A stretch of 64,000 nucleotides of DNA from the human T2T-CHM13v2.0 reference genome, Homo sapiens. This document shows positions 42,501-57,500 of the stretch, piece after piece. Both the position numbers and the translations under genes were made by a program. The DNA is taken from NCBI RefSeq assembly GCF_009914755.1, contig NC_060927.1; one strand, given 5' to 3'. A model generated the notes under the pieces. It was not told the origin of the DNA, did not search any database, and was given only the letters and a program-made list of their open reading frames with translations. Position 1 is the first letter of the stretch. Every line of letters begins with the position of its first letter.

Positions 42501-45500
42501 AATATTTACTTGCAGATTCCACAGAAAGAGTGTTTCATAACTGGTCTATCAAAAGAAAGGTTAAACTCAGTGAGTTGAACCCACACATCACAAAGTAGCT
42601 TCTGAGAATCATTCTGTCTAGTTCTCCTACGAAGATATTGCCTTTTCTACCATAGGCCTCAAACGGCGCTAAATATCCACCTGGAAATTCTACCAAAACT
42701 GAGTTTCAAAAGTGCTCTATTGAAAGGAAGCTTCACCTCTGTGGGTTGAAGGTACACATCACAAAGAAGTTTCTGAGAATTCTTCTGTCTAGTTGTAAAT
42801 GCAGAAATCACGTTTCAAACGAAGGCCACAAAGAGGTCCAAATATCCAGCTGCAGATTCTGCAAAAAGAGGGTTTCAAATCTGCTCCATCAAGAGGAATG
42901 TTCAACTCTGTGCGTTGAATGCAAATATCAAAAATAATTTTCTGACAATACTTCTGTCTAGCTTTTATGTGAAGATATTTCCTTTCCTACTGTAGGCCTC
43001 AAAACGCTCTAAATATACACTTGCAAATTCCACAAAATGAGTGTTTCCAAACTGCTCTATCAAAAAAAGTTTAAACTCTGTCAGCTTAATGCAAGCATCA
43101 CAAAACAGCTTCGGAGAATGAATCTGCCTAGTTTTTCTGTGAAGATATTCCTTTTTCTGCCATAGACCTCAAACCGCTGTAAAAATCCACTTGGAAATTC
43201 TACAAAAAGAGTGTTTCAAAACTCTTCTATCGAAAGGAAATCTCAACTCCATGAGTTAAATGCAGATATCACAAATAATTTTCTGAGGATTCTTCTTTCA
43301 AGTTTTATATGAAGAAATCCCGTTTCCAAAGATGGCCTCAGAAAAGTCCCAATATACACTTGCAGATTCTACAAAAAGCGTTTTTCAAAACTGCTCTACC
43401 AAAAGGAAGGTTAAACTCTGTGAGTTGAAGGCACACATCACAAAGTAGTTTCTGAGAATCATTCTGTCTAGTTTTTCTATGAAGATATTGCCTTTTCCAC
43501 CATAGGCCTCAAACGGCGCTAAATATCCACTTGGAAATTCTACAAAAAGAGAGTTACTAAACTGCTCTATCGAAAGGAAGCTTCAACGCTGCGAGTTGAA
43601 AGCACACATCACGAAGAAGTTTATGAGAATTCTTCTGTCTACTTTTGTATGAAGCAGTCACGTTTCAAACGAAGGCCACAAAGAGGACCAAATATCCACT
43701 TGGAGATTCAACAAAAAGAGTTTTTCAAAAGTGCTCCTTCAAGAGGAATATTCAACTCTGAGAGTTGAAGGCAGGTATCACAAAGTAGTTCCCGACAATG
43801 CTTCTGTCTAGATTTTATGTGAAGACATTCCCTTTTGTACCACATGCCTGAAAGCACTCTATATATAGAATTGCAAATTCCACAAAATATTGTTGAAAAC
43901 CGCTCTATCCAAAGAAAGGTTAAAATCTGTCAGCTGAATGCGCACATCACAGAGCAGCTTCAGAGAACAGTTATGTCTAGTTTTTCTGTGAAGATAGTTT
44001 CTCTTCTACATAGGCCTGTAACCGCTCTAAATATTCACTTGGAAATTCTACAAAAAGAATATTTCAACACTCTTCTATCAAAAGGAAGGTGGAACTCTGA
44101 GAGTTAAACGCACACATCACAGAGAAGTTTCTGAGAATTCTTCTGTCAAGGTTTATATGAAGAAACCCCGTTTCCAATGAAGGCCTCAAAAAAGTCCAAA
44201 TATTTACTTGCCGATTCCACAGAAAGAGTGTTTCATAACTGGTCTATCAAAAGAAAGGTTAAACTCAGTGAGTTGAACCCACACATCACAAAGTAGCTTC
44301 TGAGAATCATTCTGTCTAGTTCTCCTACGAAGATATTGCCTTTTCTACCATAGGCCTCAAACGGCGCTAAATATCCACCTGGAAATTCTACCAAAACTGA
44401 GTTTCAAAAGTGCTCTATTGAAAGGAAGCTTCACCTCTGTGGGTTGAAGGTACACATCACAAAGAAGTTTCTGAGAATTCTTCTGTCTAGTTGTAAATGC
44501 AGAAATCACGTTTCAAACGAAGGCCACAAAGAGGTCCAAATATCCAGCTGCAGATTCTGCAAAAAGAGGGTTTCAAATCTGCTCCATCAAGAGGAATGTT
44601 CAACTCTGTGCGTTGAATGCAAATATCACAAATAAGTTTCTGACAATACTTCTGTCTAGTTTTTATGTGAAGATATTTCCTTTCCTACTGTAGGCCTCAA
44701 AACGCTCTAAATATACACTTGCAAATTCCACAAAAAGAGTGTTTCCAAACTGCTCTATCAAAGGAAGTTTAAACTCTGTCAGCTTAATGCAAGCATCACA
44801 AAACAGCTTCGGAGAATGAATCTGCCTAGTTTTTCTGTGAAGATATTTCTTTTTCTGCCATAGAAATCAAACCGCTGTAAAAATCCACTTGGAAATTCTA
44901 CAAAAAGAGTATTTCAAAACTCTTCTATCGAAAGGAAGTCTCAACTCCATGAGTTAAATGCACATATCACAAATAATTTTCTGAGGATTCTTCTTTCAAG
45001 TTTTATATGAAGAAATCCCGTTTCCAAAGATGGCCTCAGAAAAGTCCCAATATACACTTGCAGATTCTACAAAAAGAGTTTTTCAAAACTGCTCTACCAA
45101 GAGGAAGGTTAAACTCTGTGAGTTGAAGGCACACATCACAAAGTAGTTTCTGAGAATCATTCTGTCTAGTTTTTCTATGAAGATATTGCCTTTTCCACCA
45201 TAGGCCTCAAACGGCGCTAAATATCCACTTGGAAATTCTACAAAAAGACAGTTACTAAACTGCTCTATCGAAAGGAAGCTTCAACGCTGCGAGTTGAAAG
45301 CACACATCACGAAGAAGTTTATGAGAATTCTTCTGTCTACTTTTGTATGAAGCAGTCACGTTTCAAACGAAGGCCACAAAGAGGACCAAATATCCACTTG
45401 GAGATTCAACAAAAAGAGTTTTTCAAAAGTGCTCCTTCAAGAGGAATATTCAACTCTGAGAGTTGAAGGCAGGTATCACAAAGTAGTTCCCGGCAATGCT

Positions 45501-48500
45501 TCTGTCTAGATTTTATGTGAAGACATTCCCTTTTGTACCACAGGCCTGAAAGCACTCTAAATATAGAATTGCAAATTCCACAAAAAGAGTGTTGAAAACC
45601 GCTCTATCCAAAGAAAGTTTAAACTCTGTCAGCTGAATGCGCACATCACAGAGCAGCTTCAGAGAACAATTATGTCTAGTTTTTCTGTGAAGATAGTTTC
45701 TCTTCTACATAGGCCTGAAACTGCTCTAAATATTCACTTGGAAATTCTACAAAAAGAATATTTCAACACTCTTCTATCAAAAGGAAGGTTGAACTCTGAG
45801 AGTTAAACGCACACATCACAGAGAAGTTTCTGAGAATTCTTCTGTCATGGTTTATATGAAGAAACACCGTTTCCAATGAAGGCCTAAAAAAGTCCAAATA
45901 TTTACTTGCAAGTTCCACAGAAAGAGTGTTTCATAACTGGTCTATCAAAAGAAAGGTTAAACTCAGTGAGTTGAACCCACACATCACAAAGTAGCTTCTG
46001 AGAATCATTCTGTCTAGTTCTCCTACGAAGATATTGCCTTTTCTACCATAGGCCTCAAACGGCGCTAAATATCCACCTGGAAATTCTACCAAAACTGAGC
46101 TTCAAAAGTGCTCTATTGAAAGGAAGCTTCACCTCTGTGAGTTGAAGGTACACATCACAAAGAAGTTTCTGAGAATTCTTCTGTCTAGTTGTAAATGCAG
46201 AAATCACGTTTCAAACGAAGGCCACAAAGAGGTCCAAATATCCAGCTGCAGATTCTGCAAAAAGAGGGTTTGAAAACTGCTCCATCAAGAGGAATGTTCA
46301 ACTCTGTGCGTTGAATGCAAATATCACAAATAAGTTTCTGACAATACTTCTGTCTAGTTTTTATGTGAAGATATTTCCTTTCCTACTGTAGGCCTCAAAA
46401 CGCTCTAAATATACACTTGCAAATTCCACAAAAAGAGTGTTTCCAAACTGCTCTATCAAAGGAAGTTTAAACTCTGTCAGCTTAATGCAAGCATCACAAA
46501 ACAGCTTCGGAGAATGAATCTGCCTAGTTTTTCTGTGAAGATATTTCTTTTTCTGCCATAGACTTCAAACCGCTGTAAAAATCCACTTGGAAATTCTACA
46601 AAAAGAGTATTTCAAAACTCTTCTATCGAAAGGAAGTCTCAACTCCATGAGTTAAATGCACATATCACAAATAATTTTCTGAGGATTCTTCTTTCAAGTT
46701 TTATATGAAGAAATCCCGTTTCCAAAGATGGCCTCAGAAGAGTCCCAATATACACTTGCAGATTCTACAAAAAGAGTTTTTCAAAACTGCTCTACCAAAA
46801 GGAAGGTTAAACTCTGTGAGTTGAAGGCACACATCACAAAGTAGTTTCTGAGAATCATTCTGTCTAGTTTTTCTATGAAGATATTGCCTTTTCCACCATA
46901 GGCCTCAAACGGCGCTAAATATCCACTTGGAAATTCTACAAAAAGAGAGTTACTAAACTGCTCTATCGAAAGGAAGCTTCAACGCTGCGAGTTGAAAGCA
47001 CAAATCACGAAGAAGTTTATGAGAATTCTTCTGTCTACATTTGTATGAAGCAGTCACGTTTCAAACGAAGGCCACAAAGAGGTCCAAATATCCACTTGGA
47101 GATTCAACAACAAGAGTTTTTCAAAACTGCTCCGTCAAGAGGAATATTCAACTCTGAGAGTTGAAGGCAGGTATCACAAAGTAGTTCCCGACAATGCTTC
47201 TGTCTAGATTTTAAGTGAAGACATTTCCTTTTGTACCACAGGCCTGAAAGCACTCTAAATATAGAATTGCAAATTCCACAAAAAGAGTGTTGAAAACCGC
47301 TCTATCCAGAGAAAGGTTAAACTCTGTCAGCTGAATGTGCACATCACAGAGCAGCTTCAGAGAACAGTTATGTCTAGTTTTTCTGTGAAGATAGATTCTC
47401 TTCTACATAGGCCTGAAACCGCTCTAAATATTCACTTGGAAATTCTACAAAAACAATATCTCAACACTCTTCTATCAAAAGGAAGGTTGAACTCTGAGAG
47501 TTAAACGCACACATCACAGAGAAGTTTCTGATAATTCTTCTGTCAAGGTTTATATGAAGAAACCCCGTTTCCAATGAAGGCCTAAAAAAGTCCAAATATT
47601 TACTTGCAAGTTCCACAGAAAGAGTGTTTCATAACTGGTCTATCAAAAGAAAGGTTAAACTCAGTGAGTTGAGCTCACACATCACAAAGTAGCTTCTGAG
47701 AATCATTCTGTCTAGTTCTCCTACGAAGATATTGCCTTTTCTACCATAGGCCTCAAACGGCGCTAAATATCCACCTGGAAATTCTACCAAAACTGAGTTT
47801 CAAAAGTGCTCTATTGAAAGGAAGCTTCACCTCTGTGAGTTGAAGGTACACATCAGAAAGAAGTTTCTGAGAATTCTTCTGTCTAGTTGTAAATGAAGAA
47901 ATCACGTTTCAAACGAAGGCCACAAAGAGGTCCAAATATCCAGCTGCAGATTCTGCAAAAAGAGGGTTTGAAAACTGCTCCATCAAGAGGAATGTTCAAC
48001 TCTGTGCGTTGAATGCAAATATCACAAATAAGTTTCTGACAATACTTCTGTCTAGTTTTTATGTGAAGATATTTCCTTTCCTACTGTAGGCCTCAAAACG
48101 CTCTAAATATACACTTGCAAATTCCACAAAAAGAGTGTTTCCAAACTGCTCTATCAAAGGAAGTTTAAACTCTGTCAGCTTAATGCAAGCATCACAAAAC
48201 AGCTTCGGAGAATGAATCTGCCTAGTTTTTCTGTGAAGATATTTCTTTTTCTGCCATAGACCTCAAACCGCTGTAAAAATCCACTTGGAAATTCTACAAA
48301 AAGAGTATTTCAAAACTCTTCTATCGAAAGGAAGTCTCAACTCCATGAGTTAAATGCACATATCACAAATAATTTTCTGAGGATTCTTCTTTCAAGTTTT
48401 ATATGAAGAAATCCCGTTTCCAAAGATGGCCTCAGAAAAGTCCCAATATACACTTGTAGATTCTACAAAAAGAGTTTTTCAAAACTGCTCTACCAAAAGG

Positions 48501-51500
48501 AAGGTTAAACTCTGTGAGTTGAAGGCACACATCACAAAGTAGTTTCTGAGAATCATTCTGTCTAGTTTTTCTATGAAGATATTGCCTTTTCCACCATAGG
48601 CCTCAAACGGCGCTGAATATCCACTTGGAAATTCTACAAAAAGAGAGTTACTAAACTGCTCTATCGAAAGGAAGCTTCAACGCTGCGAGTTGAAAGCACA
48701 CATCACGAAGTAGTTTATGAGAATTCTTCTGTCTACTTTTGTATGAAGCAGTCACGTTTCAAACGAAGGCCACAAAGAGGTCCAAATATCCACTTGGAGA
48801 TTCAACAAAAAGAGTTTTTCAAAACTGCTCCGTCAAGAGGAATATTCAACTCTGCGAGTTGAAGGCTGGTATCACAAAGTAGTTCCCGACAATGCTTCTG
48901 TCTAGATTTTATGTGAAGACATTCCCTTTTGTACCACAGGCCTGAAAACACTCTAAATATAGAATTGCAAATTCCACAAAAAGAGTGTTGAAAACCGCTC
49001 TATCCAAAGAAAGGTTAAACTCTGTCAGCTGAATGCGCACATCACAGAGCAGCTTCAGAGAACAATTATGTCTAGTTTTTCTGTGAAGATAGTTTCTCTT
49101 CTACATAGGCCTGAAACCGCTCTAAATATTCACTTGGAAATTCTACAAAAAGAATATTTCAACACTCTTCTATCAAAAGGAAGGTTGAACTCTGAGAGTT
49201 AAACGCACACATCACAGAGAAGTTTCTGAGAATTCTTCTGTCAAGGTTTATATGAAGAAACCCCGTTTCCAATGAAGGCCTCAAAAAAGTCCAAATATTT
49301 ACTTGCCGATTCCACAGAAAGAGTGTTTCATAACTGGTCTATCAAAAGAAAGGTTAAATTCAGTGAGTTGAACCCACACATCACAAAGTAGCTTCTGAGA
49401 ATCATTCTGTCTAGTTCTCCTACGAAGATATTGCCTTTTCTACCATAGGCCTCAAACGGCGAAAAATATCCACCTGGAACTTCTACCAAAACTGAGTTTC
49501 AAAAGTGCTCTATTGAAAGGAAGCTTCACCTCTGTGAGTTGAAGGTACACATCACCAAGAAGTTTCTGAGAATTCTTCTGTCTAGTTGTAAATGAAGAAA
49601 TCACGTTTCAAACGAAGGCCACAAAGAGGTCCAAATATCCACCTGCAGATTCTGCAAAAAGAGGGTTTGAAAACTGCTCCATCAAGAGGAATGTTCAACT
49701 CTGTGCGTTGAATGCAAATATCACAAATAAGTTTCTGACAATACTTCTGTCTAGTTTTAATGTGAAGATATTTCCTTTCCTACTGTAGGCCTCAAAACGC
49801 TCTAAATATACACTTGCAAATTCCACAAAAAGAGTGTTTCCAAACTGCTCTATCAAAGGAAGTTTAATCTCCGTCAGCTTAATACAAGCATCACAAAACA
49901 GCTTCGGAGAATGAATCTGCCTAGTTTTTCTGTGAAGATATTTCTTTTTCTGCCATAGACCTCAAACCGCTGTAAAAATCCACTTGGAAATTCTACAAAA
50001 AGAGTATTTCAAAACTCTTCTATCGAAAGGGAGTCTCAACTCCATGAGTTAAATGCACATATCACAAATAATTTTCTGAGGATTCTTCTTTCAAGTTTTA
50101 TATGAAGAAATCCCGTTTCCAAGGATGGCCTCAGAAAAGTCCCAATATACACTTGCAGATTCTACAAAAAGAGTTTTTCAAAACTGCTCTACCAAAAGGT
50201 AGGTTAAACACTGTGAGTTGAAGGCACACATCACAAAGTAGTTTCTGAGAATCATTCTGTCTAGTTTTTCTATGAAGATATTGCCTTTTCCACCATAGGC
50301 CTCAGACAGCGCTAAATATCCACTTGGAAATTCTACAGAAAGAGAGTTACTAAACTGCTCTATCGAAAGGAAGCTTCAACGCTGCGAGTTGAAAGCACAC
50401 ATCACGAAGAAGTTTATGAGAATTCTTCTGTCTACTTTTGTATGAAGCAGTCACGTTTCAAACGAAGGCCACAACGAGGTCCAAATATCCACTTGGAGAT
50501 TCAACAAAAAGAGTTTTTCAAAACTGCTCCGTCAAGAGGAATATTCAACTCTGAGAGTTGAAGGCTGGTATCACAAAGTAGTTCCCGACAATGCTTCTGT
50601 CTAGATTTTATGCGAAGACATTCCCTTTTGTACCACAGGCCTGAAAGCACTCTAAATATAGAATTGCAAATTCCACAAAAAGAGTGTTGAAAACCGCTCT
50701 ATCCAAAGAAAGGTTAAACTCTGTCAGCTGAATGCACACATCACAGAGCAGCTTCAGAGAACAATTATGTCTAGTTTTTCTGTGAAGATAGTTTCTCTTC
50801 TACATAGGCCTGAAACCGCTCTAAATATTCACTTGGTAATTCTACAAAAAGAATATTTCAACACTCTTCTATCAAAAGGAAGGTTGAACTCTGAGAGTTA
50901 AACGCACACATCACAGAGAAGTTTCTGAGAATTCTTCTTTCAAGGTTTATATGAAGAAACCCCGTTTCCAATGAAGACCTCAAAAAAATCCAAATATTTA
51001 CTTGCCGATTCCACAGAAAGAGTGTTTCATAACTGGTCTATCAAAAGAAAGGTTAAACTCAGTGAGTTGAACCCACTCATCACAAAGTAGCTTCTGAGAA
51101 TCATTCTGTCTAGTTCTCCTACGAAGATATTGCCTTTTCTACCATAGGCCTCAAACGGCGCTAAATATCCACCTGGAAATTCTACCAAAACTGAGTTTCT
51201 AAAGTGCTCTATTGAAAGGAAGCTTCACTTCTGTGAGTTGAAGGTACACATCACAAAGAAGTTTCTGAGAATTCTTCTGTCTAGTTGTAAATGCAGAAAT
51301 CACGTTTCAAACGAAGGCCACCAAGAGGTCCAAATATCCAGCTGCAGATTCTGTAAAAAGAGGGTTTGAAAACTGCTCCATCAAGAGGAATGTTCAACTC
51401 TGTGCGTTGAATGCAAATATTACAAATAAGTTTCTGACAATACTTCTGTCTAGCTTTTATGTGAAGATATTTCCTTTCCTACTGTACGCCTCAAAACGCT

Positions 51501-54500
51501 CTGAATATACACTTGCAAATTCCACAAAAATAGTGTTTCCAAACTGCTCTATCAAAGGAAGTTTAAACTCTGTCAGCTGAATGCAAGCATCACAAAACAG
51601 CTTCGGAGAATGAATCTGCCTAGTTTTTCTGTGAAGATATTTCTTTTTCTGCCATAGACCTCAAACCGCGGTAAAAATCCACTTGGAAATTCTACAAAAA
51701 GAGTATTTCAAAACTCTTCTATCGAAGGGAAGTCTCAACTCTATGAGTTAAATGCACATATCACAAATAATTTTCTGAGGATTCTTCTTTCAAGTTTTAT
51801 ATGAAGAAATCCCGTTTCCAAAGATGGCCTCAGAAAAGTCCCAATATACACTTGCAGATTCTACAAAAAGAGTTTTTCAAAACTGCTCTACCAAAAGGAA
51901 GGTTAAACTCTGTGAGTTGAAGGCACACATCACAAAGTAGTTTCTGAGAATCATTCTGTCTAGTTTTTCTATGAAGATATTGCCTTTTCCACCATAGGCC
52001 TCAGACAGCGCTAAATATCCACTTGGGAATTCTACAAAAAGAGAGTTACTAAACTGCTCTATCGAAAGGATGCTTCAACGCTGCGAGTTGAAAGCACACA
52101 TCACGAAGAAGTTTATGAGAATTCTTCTGTCTACTTTTGTATGAAGCAGTCACGTTTCAAACGAAGGCCACAAAGAGGTCCAAATATCCACTTGGAGATT
52201 CAACAAAAAGAGTTTTTCAAAACTGCTCCGTCAAGAGGAATATTCAACTCTGCGAGTTGAAGGCTGGTATCACAAAGTAGTTCCCGACAATGCTTCTGTC
52301 TAGATTTTATGCGAAGACATTCCCTTTTGTACCACAGGCCTGAAAGCACTCTAAATATAGAATTGCAAATTCCACAAAAAGAGTGTTGAAAACCGCTCTA
52401 TCCAAAGAAAGGTTAAACTCTGTCAGCTGAATGCGCACATCACAGAGCAGCTTCAGAGAACAATTATGTCTAGTTTTTCTGTGAAGATAGTTTCTCTTCT
52501 ACATAGGCCTGAAACCGCTCTAAATATTCACTTGGTAATTCTACAAAAAGAATATTTCAACACTCTTCTATCAAAAGGAAGGTTGAACTCTGAGAGTTAA
52601 ACGCACACATCACAGAGAAGTTTCTGAGAATTCTTCTGTCAAGGTTTATATGAAGAAACCCCGTTTCCAAAGAAGGCCTCAAAAAAGTCCAAATATTTAC
52701 TTGCCGATTCCACAGAAAGAGTGTTTCATAACTGGTCTATCAAAAGAAAGGTTAAACTCAGTGAGTTGAACCCACACATCACAAAGTAGCTTCTGAGAAC
52801 AATTGTGTCTAGTTCTCATACGAAGATATTGCCTATTCTACCATAGGCCTCAAACGGCGCTAAATATCCACCTGGAAATTCTACCGAAACTGAGTTTCAA
52901 AAGTGCTCTACTGAAAGGAAGCTTCACCTCTGTGAGTTGAAGGTACACATCACAAAGAAGTTTCTGAGAATTCTTCTGTCTAGTTGTAAATGCAGAAATC
53001 ACGTTTCAAACGAAGGCCACAAAGAGGTCCAAATGTCCAGCTGCAGATTCTGCAAAAAGAGGGTTTCAAATCTGCTCCATCAAGAGGAATGTTCAACTCT
53101 GTGCGTTGAATGCAAATATCACAAATAAGTTTCTGACAATACTTCTGTCTAGTTTTTATGTGAAGATATTTCCTTTCCTACTGTAGGCCTCAAAACGCTC
53201 TAAATATACACTTGCAAATTCCACAAACAGAGTGTTTCCAAACTGCTCTATCAAAGGAAGTTGAAACTCTGTCAGCTTAATGCAAGCATCACAAAACAGC
53301 TTCGGAGAATGAATCTGCCTAATTTTTCTGTGAAGATATTTCTTTTTCTGCCATAGACCTCAAACCGCTGTAAAAATCCACTTGGAAATTCTACAAAAAG
53401 AGTATTTCAAAACTCTTCTATCGAAAGGAAGTCTCAACTCCATGAGTTAAATGCACATATCACAAATAATTTTCTGAGGATTCTTCTTTCAAGTTTTATA
53501 TGAAGAAATCCCGTTTCCAAAGATGGCCTCAGAAAAGTCCCAATATACACTTGCAGATTCTACAAAAAGAGTTTTTCAAAACTGCTCTACCAAAAGGAAG
53601 GTTAAACTCTGTGAGTTGAAGGCACACATCACAAAGTAGTTTCTGAGAATCATTCTGTCTAGTTTTTCTATGAAGATATTGCCTTTTCCACCATAGGCCT
53701 CAAATGGCGTTAAATATCCACTTGGAAATTCTACAAAAAGAGAGTTACTAAACTGCTCTATCGAAAGGAAGCTTCAACGCTGCGAGTTGAAAGCACACAT
53801 CACGAAGAAGTTTATGAGAATTCTTCTGTCTACTTTTGTATGAAGCAGTCACGTTTCAAACGAAGGCCACAAAGAGGTCCAAATATCCACTTGGAGATTC
53901 AACAAAAAGAGTTTTTCAAAACTGCTCCGTCAAGAGGAATATTCAACTCTGCGAGTTGAAGGCTGGTATCACAAAGTAGTTCCCGACAATGCTTCTGTCT
54001 AGATTTTATGCGAAGGCATTCCCTTTTGTACCACAGGCCTGAAAGCACTCTAAATATAGAATTGCAAATTCCACAAAAAGAGTGTTGAAAACCGCTCTAT
54101 CCAAAGAAAGGTTAAACTCTGTCAGCTGAATGCGCACATCACAGAGCAGCTTCAGAGAACAGTTATGTCTAGTTTTTCTGTGAAGATAGTTTCTCTTCTA
54201 CATAGGCTTAAAACCCCTCTAGATATTCACTTGGAAATACTACAAAAAGAATATTTCAACACTCTTCTATCAAAAGGAAGGTTGATCTCTGAGAGTTAAA
54301 CACACACATCACAGAGAAGTTTCTGAGAATTCTTCTGTCAAGGTTTATATGAAGAAACCCCGTTTCCAATGAAGGCCTAAAAAACTCCAAATATTTACTT
54401 GCAGATTCCACAGAAAGAGTGTTTCATAACTGGTCTATCAAAAGAAAGGTTAAACTCAGTGAGTTGAACCCACACATCACAAAGTAGCTTCTGAGAATCA

Positions 54501-57500
54501 TTCTGTCTAGTTCTCCTACGAAGATATTGCCTTTTCTACCATAGGCCTCAAACGGCGCTAAATATCCACCTGGAAATTCTACCAAAACTGAGTTTCAAAA
54601 GTGCTCTATTTAAAGGAAGCTTCACCTCTGTGAGTTGAAGGTACACATCACAAAGAAGTTTCTGAGAATTCTTCTGTCTAGTTGTAAATGCAGAAATCAC
54701 GTTTCAAACGAAGGCCACAAAGAGGTCCAAATATCCAGCTGCAGATTCTGCAAAAAGAGGGTTTGAAAAATGCTCCATCAAGAGGAATGTTCAACTCTGT
54801 GCGTTGAATGCAAATATCACAAATAAGTTTCTGACAATACTTCTGTCTAGCTTTTATGTGAAGATATTTCCTTTCCTACTGTACGCCTCAAAACGCTCTA
54901 AATATACAATTGCAAATTCCACAAAAAGAGTGTTTCCAAACTGCTCTATCAAAGGAAGTTTAAACTCTGTCAGCTTAATGCAAGCATCACAAAACAGCTT
55001 CGAAGAATGAATCTGCCTAGTTTTTCTGTGAAGATATTTCTTTTTCTGCCATAGACCTCAAACCGCTGTAAAAATCCACTTGGAAATTCTACAAAAAGAG
55101 TATTACAAAACTCTTCTATCGAAAGGAAGTCTCAACCCCAAGAGTTAAATGCACATATCACAAATAATTTTCTGAGGATTCTTCTTTCAAGTTTTATATG
55201 AAGAAATCCGGTTTCCAAAGATGGCCTCAGAAAAGTCCCAATATACACTTGCAGATTCTACAAAAAGAGTTTTTCAAAACTGCTCTACCAAAAGGAAGGT
55301 TAAACTCTGTGAGTTGAAGGCACACATCACAAAGTAGTTTCTGAGAATCATTCTGTCTAGTTTTTCTATGAAAATATCGCCTTTTCCACCATAGGCCTCA
55401 AACGGCGCTAAATATCCACTTGGAAATTCTACAAAAAGAGAGTTACTAAACTGCTCTATCGAAAGGAAGCTTCAACGCTGCGAGTTGAAAGCACACATCA
55501 CGAAGAAGTTTATGAGAATTCTTCTGTCTACTTTTCTATGAAGCAGTCACGTTTCAAACGAAGGTCACAAAGAGGTCCAAATATCCACTTGGAGATTCAA
55601 CAAAAAGAGTTTTTCAAAACTGCTCCATCAAGAGGAATATTCAACTCTGAGAGTTGAAGGCAGGTATCACAAAGTAGTTTCCGACAATGCTTCTGTCTAG
55701 ATTTTATGTGAAGACATTCCCTTTTGTACCACAGGCCTGAAAGCACTCTAAATATAGAATTGCAAATTCCACAAAAAGAGTGTTGAAAACCGCTCTATCC
55801 AAAGAAAGGTTAAACTCTGTCAGCTGAATGCGCACATCACAGAGCAGCTTCAGAGAACAATTATGTCTAGTTTTTCTGTGAAGATAGTTTCTCTTCTACA
55901 TAGGCCTGAAACCGCTCTAAATATTCACTTGGAAATTCTACAAAAAGAATATTTCAACACTCTTCTATCAAAAGGAAGGTTGAACTCTGAGAGTTAAACG
56001 CACACATCACAGAGAAGTTTCTGAGAATTCTTCTGTCAAGGTTTATATGAAGAAACCCCGTTTCCAATGAAGGCCTCAAAAAGTCCAAATATTTACTTGC
56101 CGATTCCACAGAAAGAGTGTTTCATAACTGGTCTATCAAAAGAAAGGTTAAACTCAGTGAGCTGAACCCACACATCACGAAGTAGCTTCTGAGAATCATT
56201 CTGTCTAGTTCTCCTACGAAGATATTACCTTTTCTACCATAGGCCTCAAACGGCCCTAAATATCCACCTGGAAATTCGACCAAAACTGAGTTTCAAAAGT
56301 GCTCTATTGAAAGGAACCTTCACCTCTGTCAGTTGAAGGTACACATCACAAAGAAGTTTCTGAGAATTCTTCTGTCTAGTTGTAAATGCAGAAATCACGT
56401 TTCAAACGAAGGCCGCAAAGAGGTCCAAATATCCAGCTGCAGATTCTGCAAAAAGAGGGTTTCAAATCTGCTCCATCAAGAGGAATGTTCAACTCTGTGC
56501 GTTGAATGCAAATATCACAAATAAGTTTCTGACAGTACTTCTGTCTAGTTTTTATGTGAAGATATTTCCTTTCCTACTGTAGGCCTCAAAACGCTCTAAA
56601 TATACACTTTCAAATTCCACAAAAAGAGTGTTTCCAAACTGCTCTATCAAAGGAAGTTTAAACTCTGTCAGCTTAATGCACGCATCACAAAACAGCTTCG
56701 GAGAATGAATCTGCCTAGTTTTTCTGTGAAGATATTTCTTTTTCTGGCATAGACCTCAAACCGCTGTAAAAATCCACTTGGAAATTCTACAAAAAGAGTA
56801 TTTCAAAACTCTTCTATCGAAAGGAAGTCTCAACTCCATGAGTTAAATGCACATATCACAAATAATTTTCTGAGGATTCTTCTTTCAAGTTTTATATGAA
56901 GAAATCCCGTTTCCAAAGATGGCCTCAGAAAAGTCCCAATATACACTTGCAGATCCTACAAAAAGAGTTTTTCAAAACTGCTCTACCAAAAGGAAGGTTA
57001 AACTCTGTGAGTTGAAGGCACACATCACAAAGTAGTTTCTGAGAATCATTCTGTCTAGTTTTTCTATGAAGATATTGCCTTTTCCAGCATAGGCCTCAAA
57101 CGGCGCTAAGTATCCACTTGGAAATTCTACAAAAAGAGAGTTACTAAACTGCTCTATCGAAAGGAAGCTTCAACGCTGCGAGTTGAAAGCACACATCACA
57201 AAGAAGTTTATGAGAATTCTTCTGTCTACTTTTGTATGAAGCAGTCACGTTTCAAACGAAGGCCACAACGAGGTCCAAATATCCACTTGGAGATTCAACA
57301 AAAAGAGTTTTTCAAAACTGCTCCATCAAGAGGAATATTCAACTCTGAGAGTTGAAGGCAGGTATCACAAAGTAGTTCCCGGCAATGCTTCTGTCTAGAT
57401 TTTATGTGAAGACATTCCCTTTTGTACCACAGGCCTGAAAGCACTCTAAATATAGAATTGCAAATTCCACAAAAAGAGTGTTGAAAACCGCTCTATCCAA

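Noticed and set aside
4762-44107. 90 aa ORFs at 4762, 40438 and 43835, and the other 62-96 aa ORFs on both strands
   Set aside because: Chance stop-free stretches created by haplotype-specific SNVs or 1 bp indels. They are useful only as markers of duplicated HOR copies.
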